The translations under genes and the position numbers were made by a program. From Polyangiaceae bacterium (lineage in GTDB: Bacteria > Myxococcota_A > Polyangia > Polyangiales > Polyangiaceae): a stretch of DNA of 64,000 nt. This document shows, piece by piece, positions 58,901-64,000 of the stretch. The stretch spans positions 20,837 through 84,836 of the forward strand of contig JAPSGB010000020.1 of NCBI GenBank assembly GCA_035063585.1, read 5' to 3'. The notes beneath the pieces are model-generated. The model was given only the letters and a program-made list of their open reading frames with translations, was not told the DNA's origin and ran no database searches. Position 1 is the stretch's first letter. The number at the start of each line of letters is the position of its first letter.

Positions 58901-59920
58901 GCCGCGCTCGGGCTTCGAGACGAAGAGGCGCGCTGCTCGGCGGCGCTCGCGGCGCGCCTGGCCTTCGCGGGGAGCTTCGCCGAGGCCGAGCAAGAGGCGG
59001 CTCGTCTGCTCGCGCTCACCAGCGAGCACGGCATCAAGGCCGCCGCGGTCGACGGCTGGTGGGCGCTCGCGATCATTCGCCAGTCGCGGGGCGCGCTCTC
59101 CTCCGCGCTCGACGCGCGGCGGAGCGCGGTCACCGCCGCGCGCAGCGCGGGGCTCAAGGAGCGCGAGGCGATGCTGACCACGAACCTCGGTTTTGCGCTC
59201 ACCACCATCGGCGCTCGCCAGGAGTCGCGCGGGACGCTCGAGACGGGGCTCGCGCTGGCAGACGCCATCGGTAGCCAAGGGGCGGTGCGGCACGCGCAGA
59301 TGAACCTGCTCGGCTGGGCCGCGACCTTCGGCAACGATCGCCAACTCGAGGGACAGCTCGCGGAGGTGCGGGCCGACGCGGATGCGACCGCCGCCGGGGT
59401 TTGGGCTGCGCCCGACCGCTCGAACCTCGGCCTCCTCTTCTATCGCGGCTGGGAGCTCCTCCGAGCCAAGAATGACGCGAACCTCCGGCGCGCGTGCTCA
59501 CTCCTCAAGATGAGCGCGGATGGCTACCGCGCCGCGGGGCACCGCGACGTGCTGCCGGTCGCGCTCGCGGTCTGGGCCGAGGCCGAGCGCCGCACCGGTG
59601 ACGCCGATCGGGCCGCCGCGCTGGCGTGCGAAGCGGCCGGGCTGCTCGAGGGCGGCGCGCCCAGCCTGTTGAACGAGTCCACCGTGTACCTGGCGCTCCA
59701 CGACGCATGCCTCGAGGTCGGCGATCTCGACGGGGCGCGGAGCGCGGTCTCGCGAGGACTGCCGCCGCTCATCCGACGGATCCACGGGCTGGTTGGCACC
59801 GCGTACGCTCGGCTGTTCCTCACCGAGTTCCCACCCAACGCCGGGCTCCTCGCGGCGGCGGAGGGATTTGGGCTGGTCCCCGACGAGGTGCACCGCGTCC
59901 TCGAGCGCGAGCACGCGTGA
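56000..59920 (+). CDS. Ser/Thr kinase - degenerate class III cyclase - STAND-like AAA ATPase - TPR protein
   Basis: HRDIKPGN, DFG, APE; RVGIASG...GEVVDRASAL; FVGREPEL, GPPGIGKT, MEDLQWGD, GLPLFAEEL and FKHALVREVAY; helical repeats. GGAGGG precedes GTG 56000. Confidence 0.9.
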   Translation: MRSDPESQRGRMGGRFVVEREVGRGGAGVVYKAWDLLTEQPVALKILAVDAGIAPAEEARLMREGELLAKLDYPGIVKTVAYGMLEDSGLPFLAMEWLDGEDLAQRQRRAPLDMRQAVLLAIRVAEALGFAHDAGVIHRDIKPGNIFLCRSRVEPREGELDVFPKLVDFGVAATGDIRITRNGDVVGTPAYMAPEQARGDAPIDVRSDVYALGATLFELVAGRPPHVGPTAIATLARLVTTEPPRLRDLRRDVPPKLDELVHEMLATDPDARPESAREVVELLEESLRDAARVSWADLAGVEPAMSSRLGSSATRLITSIVAIRFAKGSARERALQNLRERGADAVPLGQDAIVAHLGARRAVGTEATTALDLGRRLARAGARVGIASGRARLSLASDTGEVQPVGEVVDRASALARDAGAGVVLADATTSELGRGRYEFRARDDGSAVVGEQMRGARGERGGGAPFVGREPELAQVLSAFERSRLDSTPILVTVTGPPGIGKTRLRREVLARISAQAEAPPVVLQRSEAYARGHALGAAADVLRAIIGLPKGYTAEETASAIVARLGPTTRDELTAQNRVLLARLLANEPLPEGLDPRGSRDALWLAMTDMVLQVVADEPTVIIMEDLQWGDPESIGWIDHLLGRASHRPLVVMAMVRPLFWIDNPSRFAGRDHVRLELRPVSRRASRAIARSLLGEEAPDELVDRIVEQAAGLPLFAEELARLTAHGRDTEHAPTIEAVIQVSLDALDDECRDAIGRLSVLGLSVWDSALEALGLAHAESVMKALSQAEVVMEQNSSRFSGTREWLFKHALVREVAYSSLGDRERTELHALAAGWLSSMGEDAATVARHYDLGGRFDAAAEYWTRAAQRALATNALGDALTMADRALAFAEDKPTGFVRACYLDEAWSRLDPRASERETAIRALEENVHDEASAVRARGSRARYDDARGTGEGIDERLAEVRDEAAALGLRDEEARCSAALAARLAFAGSFAEAEQEAARLLALTSEHGIKAAAVDGWWALAIIRQSRGALSSALDARRSAVTAARSAGLKEREAMLTTNLGFALTTIGARQESRGTLETGLALADAIGSQGAVRHAQMNLLGWAATFGNDRQLEGQLAEVRADADATAAGVWAAPDRSNLGLLFYRGWELLRAKNDANLRRACSLLKMSADGYRAAGHRDVLPVALAVWAEAERRTGDADRAAALACEAAGLLEGGAPSLLNESTVYLALHDACLEVGDLDGARSAVSRGLPPLIRRIHGLVGTAYARLFLTEFPPNAGLLAAAEGFGLVPDEVHRVLEREHA

Positions 59921-59955
59921 AGCCGGCGCTCTTGCGCGCTACCCGCTCCGGATGG

Positions 59956-60026
59956 GCCGGCCCGGCGCGGCCGGCGTCCGGGTGCGCTCGGGCGCGCGCC
60001 CCGCGCGGTTCCGCGCCGGGCCGACC
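59956..60026. repeat. Inverted pair of REP-like motifs
   Basis: gccggcccggcgcgg (59956-59970, -) and gcgcgg-tt-ccgcgc-cgggccgacc (60003-60026, +). Confidence 0.55.
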
Positions 60027-60179
60027 ACCCTACCCCCCTCCCCGAGCGGTGTCCTGCGCGGCCACACCTTGACGACGGCCCCGGCGTTCACGAGAAATAT
60101 CGCGAATCCTTTGCGCGCCCGCTGGCTCGTACCGGCCGGGAGCGCGGTGAGCCCCGAACTCGAAGGAGAATGAGAGAGG

Positions 60180-60365
60180 ATGTGCACGCGAGTCGATTGT
60201 CCGAGCTGCGGAAAGCCCACCTTCGTGGGGTGCGGGCTCCACGTCGAGCAGGTGCTCGGCGACGTACCGCCCGAGGAGCGGTGCAAGTGTCGCGAGTCCA
60301 AGGCGGATGGCGCGAGCGCGGTGCCGGGGATGCCGGCCTTCATCGCGCGCTTCCTTGGGCGATGA
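60180..60365 (+). CDS. Small Cys/His-rich protein (61 aa), putative metal-binding
   Basis: MCTRVDCPSCGKPTFVGCGLHVEQVLGDVPPEERCKC; purine-rich RBS gaaggagaatgagagagg upstream. Confidence 0.75.
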   Translation: MCTRVDCPSCGKPTFVGCGLHVEQVLGDVPPEERCKCRESKADGASAVPGMPAFIARFLGR

Positions 60366-60407
60366 GGTGCGCCACGAGCGCCGGGCGCGGTCGCGATACG
60401 GGCCGGC

Positions 60408-60575
60408 TCAGACGCGCCCGCCCGCGAGCAAATAGCCGAGCACCACGCCGTAAATCACGCTGACGACCGGGTTCGAGCCGATCGGGCACACCCCGCTGCG
60501 GCAACCGATGAGCCGGTAGTAGGCGTATCCGCCCGAGCCACCGAGCGCCATCGCGAGGACAATCGTCGTGGTCAT
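60408..60575 (-). CDS. Small two-helix membrane protein, DUF6132-like (55 aa)
   Basis: Below the ORF-track cutoff. Manual translation MTTTIVLAMALGGSGGYAYYRLIGCRSGVCPIGSNPVVSVIYGVVLGYLLAGGRV has a GCxxGxCPIxSxP loop. Confidence 0.75.
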   Translation of the reverse strand: MTTTIVLAMALGGSGGYAYYRLIGCRSGVCPIGSNPVVSVIYGVVLGYLLAGGRV

Positions 60576-60637
60576 CTCGACGAGATCGGAGCCGCGGCGA
60601 CGGAAAAGGGTTCGCGGGTGCGCTAGGCTCCCGCGCG

Positions 60638-61462
60638 ATGCCTCTCTCGGAAGCGGAGCTGCTCGAGGCGGTGCGCGCCGGAGATCGCGTGGCGCTCGCC
60701 ACCCTCGTCGAGCGCCACGCGCCCGCCGTCTATCGCTTCGCCGCCAAGATGTGCCGCCAAGCCGAAGACGCCGAGGACGTCCTCCAGGAGACGCTGCTCA
60801 GCGCGGCGCGACACCTCGGTGACTTCCGCGGCGACTCGCAGCTCACCACCTGGCTATATACGGTGGCGCGGAGCTTCTGCATCAAGCGGCGGCGCACCTC
60901 GAAATTCGCGCCGAGCGAGACGGTGTCGCTCGAGCACTCGCTCGAGGCGAGCGTGCTCGCTTCGCCCGAGCGTTCGCCCGAGCAGGCCGCCTCGGAGCGA
61001 GAGACGGCCCTCGAGCTCGACCGCGCCCTCGCCGAGCTCGAGCCCGAGCAGCGCGAGGTGCTCTGGCTCCGCGACGTCGAGGGGCTGTCCGCGCAGGAGG
61101 TGAGCACGGTCGTTGACGCGAGCGTCGCGGCGGTGAAGAGCCGACTCCACCGCGCGCGTGTCGCCTTGCGTGCCAAGCTCGCCCAGGAGCCGGCGCCGCC
61201 GCCGGGCGCGGCGGGCGCTTGCCCCGACGCCGCCGAGTCGTTCTCGCGGCACTTGGAAGGGGAGATCGGTACCGAGGAGTGCCGCGCGATGGAAGAACAC
61301 CTCGCGAGGTGCGCGCACTGTCGCACGGCCTGCGAATCATTGAGGCACACGCTCGAGCTCTGCCGCGCCTCGCGCGTCGGCGTGGTACCGAGCCCGATTC
61401 AGGACAAGATCCGGCGCGCGCTCGGCGCGCTCACCGGGCCCGACCCGAGAGCGTCACGATGA
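60638..61462 (+). CDS. ECF sigma factor with a fused C-terminal zinc-finger (ZAS-like) domain
   Basis: DAEDVLQETL, WLYTVARSFC, REVLWLRDVEGLS and VKSRLHRAR; then CPDAAESFSRHLEGEI...HLARCAHC. Confidence 0.88.
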   Translation: MPLSEAELLEAVRAGDRVALATLVERHAPAVYRFAAKMCRQAEDAEDVLQETLLSAARHLGDFRGDSQLTTWLYTVARSFCIKRRRTSKFAPSETVSLEHSLEASVLASPERSPEQAASERETALELDRALAELEPEQREVLWLRDVEGLSAQEVSTVVDASVAAVKSRLHRARVALRAKLAQEPAPPPGAAGACPDAAESFSRHLEGEIGTEECRAMEEHLARCAHCRTACESLRHTLELCRASRVGVVPSPIQDKIRRALGALTGPDPRASR

Positions 61463-62604
61463 GCGTCGAACGGACCCGACGCCACGTCGACGCGGTCGCC
61501 CGTGAGCTCATCTCCCCGCTCCTCGAGCGGCGCGCGGCGCGCGGATGGACGCTCGCCGGGTGGGACGCCGAGCAGGGCATCAGCCTCACCATGACGCGGG
61601 GCGCGCGCGTGGTGTTGGTAGAGCTCGAGCGTCGCGACGAGTCCGCCGACTGCTACACGCGCACCGCGCGCTTCAACGTGTGCGCGCGAGGGCAGTTCGA
61701 CGGCGCCGCTCTCGGCGACGATGATCGGCAGATGCTCGACGAGCTCGTGCGGGTGGTTCGAGAACGGGAGCTCCGGTTGCCCGAGCTCGCGCGACCGCTC
61801 ACCAGCCGCCGCTCGGCGGTGCGCGAGATCGTGGTGGACCAAGTCCTGGTCTCGGAGGGGCGCGACCACTACTACGTAAATCCGTACGTCGGTTGCATGA
61901 TAGGCTGCGAGTTCTGCTACGTGGCCAAGCGCGCGGACTTCTCGCGCGAGCTCGAGGGGCTCCCGGCGATGGCGTGGGGGGCGTGGGTCGACGTGAAGAT
62001 CAACGCGCCCGAGGTCCTGGCGCGTGAGGTCACGCAGAACCCGCCCGGGCTGGTGCGCCTGAGCCCGATCGTCACCGACCCTTATCAGCCGCTCGAGAAG
62101 ACGTACCGCATCACGCGCCGGTGCCTCGAGGTCCTCCTGCCCGCGGGCTTCGCGCCGGTCATCCTCACCCGAGGCGCACGCGTCGTCGAGGACGTCCCGC
62201 TCCTCGCGCGCTTCGAGCGAGCCGCGGTGGGGTTCTCGATCCCGACCGACGACGACGCCGTGCGGCGCGCCATCGAGCCCGGCGCCGATCCCATCGAGGA
62301 GCGCATCGCCGCGCTCGAGCGATGCCGCGCGGCCGGGCTCCGCACGTTCGCGGTCATCCAGCCCATCCTGCCGATGAACGTCGAGCACCTCATCGATCGA
62401 GTGGCGCCCTGGGTCGACGCGGTCCGCATCGATCGCCTCCACTTCCGCGACCGCGCGCGAGAGCTCTTCCGGCGGAGCGGCCTCGACTATGCGCTCGACG
62501 ACGCCTTCTTCGACCAGACCGAGGCGCGACTCCGCGAAGGATTCCGGAGCCATGGCGTCCGGATCGATGATCTCGACGACATGGCCGCGCTCGTGAATCC
62601 GTGA
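61459..62604 (+). CDS. Radical SAM protein (SPL/SplB-like, Rv2578c-type) with an extra N-terminal domain
   Basis: NPYVGCMIGCEFCY (CxxxCxxC), VKINAPEVL, TDPYQPLE and EPGA; ATGA overlap with the sigma gene. Confidence 0.85.
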   Translation: MSVERTRRHVDAVARELISPLLERRAARGWTLAGWDAEQGISLTMTRGARVVLVELERRDESADCYTRTARFNVCARGQFDGAALGDDDRQMLDELVRVVRERELRLPELARPLTSRRSAVREIVVDQVLVSEGRDHYYVNPYVGCMIGCEFCYVAKRADFSRELEGLPAMAWGAWVDVKINAPEVLAREVTQNPPGLVRLSPIVTDPYQPLEKTYRITRRCLEVLLPAGFAPVILTRGARVVEDVPLLARFERAAVGFSIPTDDDAVRRAIEPGADPIEERIAALERCRAAGLRTFAVIQPILPMNVEHLIDRVAPWVDAVRIDRLHFRDRARELFRRSGLDYALDDAFFDQTEARLREGFRSHGVRIDDLDDMAALVNP

Positions 62605-62614
62605 GCGCCGCGGC

Positions 62615-63826
62615 TCAGCCTCGGGCGAGCTCGCGCCGAATTCGCTCGCAGGCCTCGGCGATGCGAGGCGGATCCTCGATGAGCGCGAACCGCACGTAGC
62701 CCTCGCCGCCCGGGCCGAAGCCGCTGCCGGGTGCCACGCCCACGTGCGCGCGCTCGATGAGCCGCGTCGCCGCCTCGAGCGAGGTCATGCCGCGCCAGGC
62801 GGCGGGCAGCTTGGTCCACACGAACATGGTGCCGCTCGGCTCGGCGACCTCGCCCCAGCCCGCGGCGCGGAGGCCGTTCACGAGCGCCGTGGCGCGCGTC
62901 TCGTAGAGGGCCCGGAGCTCATCGGCGAGCGCGTCGCCGTGATCGAGCGCCCACGCCGCAGCGACCTGGAGCGGGATGAAGGTGCCGTAATCCATGTAGG
63001 TCTTCAGCTTGGCGAGCGCCGACACCATCCGCTCGTTGCCGACCATGTAGGCGATGCGCCAGCCGGGCATGCTGTAGCTCTTCGACATCGAGAAGACCTC
63101 GACCGCGAATTTTCGAACCTCCTCGGGATCGATGCCGCAGTCGAAGATGCTGGGGGCGTGGCGAGCCGAGAAGTCCAGATCGGCGTAGGCGAGGTCATGG
63201 AGCAGGAGCGCGCCGGAGTCGGCCACCAGCCGCACCAGCGCGGCGAGCTCGGCCCGGGTCACCACCTGCCCGGTCGGATTCTGCGGGTAGTTGGCGATCA
63301 CGAGCTTCGGATGCCGCCCCTCCCGCCGGAGCCGCGTGAGCGTCTGGCCGACCGCCTCCGCGGGGGAGAGCCCGGGCTGCGCCGGGTAGCTCACCGGCTC
63401 GGCGCCGGCGATGAGCGGGGCGCCGCGGTGGATCGGATAACAAGGATCCGGCACCACCGCGACGTCACCGCGATCGAGGATCGCGAGGCACAGGTGGCTG
63501 ATCCCCTCCTTGGCGCCCATCGTCACGAGCATGTCCCGGTCGGGATCGAAGCTCACGCTGTAGCGGCGCGAGTACCATCGCGAGAGCGCCTTGCGGAGCT
63601 CGGGGTAGCCGCGACCGGGGTGGTAGCGGTGGTTCTTGCCGATGTCTGCGGCCTCGTGCAGGCGCTCCACGATCGGCTTCGGCGTCGGGCGGTCCGGGTT
63701 ACCGAGCCCGAGATCGATGATCTCGGCCCCCGCCGCAATGGTGCGCGCCTTCACCTCGTCGGTGACGAGGAACGCATAGGTGGGGAGCGAATCGGCGCGC
63801 GGAAAGGCCCAATCGGTGGTGGTCAC
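62615..63826 (-). CDS. PLP-dependent aminotransferase class I/II (AlaC / LL-DAP aminotransferase-like)
   Basis: IIDLGLGNPD, GAKEG, NYPQNPTG, HDLAYAD, SMSKSYSMPGWRI (PLP Lys) and PGSGFGPGGEGYVRFAL. Confidence 0.92.
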   Translation of the reverse strand: MTTTDWAFPRADSLPTYAFLVTDEVKARTIAAGAEIIDLGLGNPDRPTPKPIVERLHEAADIGKNHRYHPGRGYPELRKALSRWYSRRYSVSFDPDRDMLVTMGAKEGISHLCLAILDRGDVAVVPDPCYPIHRGAPLIAGAEPVSYPAQPGLSPAEAVGQTLTRLRREGRHPKLVIANYPQNPTGQVVTRAELAALVRLVADSGALLLHDLAYADLDFSARHAPSIFDCGIDPEEVRKFAVEVFSMSKSYSMPGWRIAYMVGNERMVSALAKLKTYMDYGTFIPLQVAAAWALDHGDALADELRALYETRATALVNGLRAAGWGEVAEPSGTMFVWTKLPAAWRGMTSLEAATRLIERAHVGVAPGSGFGPGGEGYVRFALIEDPPRIAEACERIRRELARG

Positions 63827-64000
63827 GACGCGCGATCTACCACGAAAGCCGGCGCGGGAGAACGCGACCGGGCGCGCGCCCAGCCTTGATCGGTCGTCCT
63901 GATGACGAGCCGGGTCCACCGGCCGTGGAGGGTCCGCGGAGCGACGTCGGGCCGGAAAGTTCGGCAGCCGGGGCAGCGACCAGCGCCCGAGCGCTGGCGC

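Noticed and set aside
60180..62604. RiPP (ranthipeptide/sactipeptide) cluster from the Cys-rich peptide plus radical SAM
   Set aside because: The radical SAM is SPL-like with no SPASM/twitch Cys cluster, the peptide has no leader, and there is no transporter or protease.
63899..63960. Hammerhead-like CTGATGA...GAAA
   Set aside because: No convincing stem II or flanking stems, and the sequence is at the window edge.

Overview
A 64 kb, very GC-rich, gene-dense chromosomal window. The gene content points to a myxobacterium, probably Polyangiales/Sorangium-like; this is inferred from four Hanks-type kinases, many Gly-rich and Cys-rich lipoproteins, ECF sigma factors and a TonB-domain-fused TBDR. 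I can support about 47 CDSs; most ORFs in the supplied track are antisense or off-frame shadows. I found no rRNA, tRNA, CRISPR array, transposase or prophage gene. Recognisable elements: a partial fatty acyl-CoA reductase-domain gene next to a LarA-superfamily gene (possibly an ether-lipid elb-type locus), an orphan adenine methyltransferase, a CoA-transferase/GNAT + APS-kinase-like + phosphotransferase operon, pgsBCW poly-gamma-glutamate genes, TerC, malQ, two SDRs, an Omp85, a clear cobalamin riboswitch upstream of a lipoprotein, sppA, GH92, xth, sodC, PhoH2, a DUF1704/MATCAP-like peptidase, a radical SAM enzyme and a class I aminotransferase. Best candidates for poorly described biology: (1) an ECF sigma factor coupled to a 1401-aa ZAS-TM-FecR-VIT-vWA-TPR receptor plus an uncharacterised lipoprotein; (2) a beta-integrin-like lipoprotein adhesin; (3) a B12-regulated standalone propeller lipoprotein; (4) a cysteine-rich locus of two tiny proteins, an ECF-ZAS fusion and a radical SAM enzyme; (5) two unknown genes divergent from a kinase-STAND protein; (6) a dispersed intergenic REP-like palindrome family (about 10 copies, core GCGCGG-TT-CCGCGC). 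All family calls come from reading motifs by eye; no searches were run.
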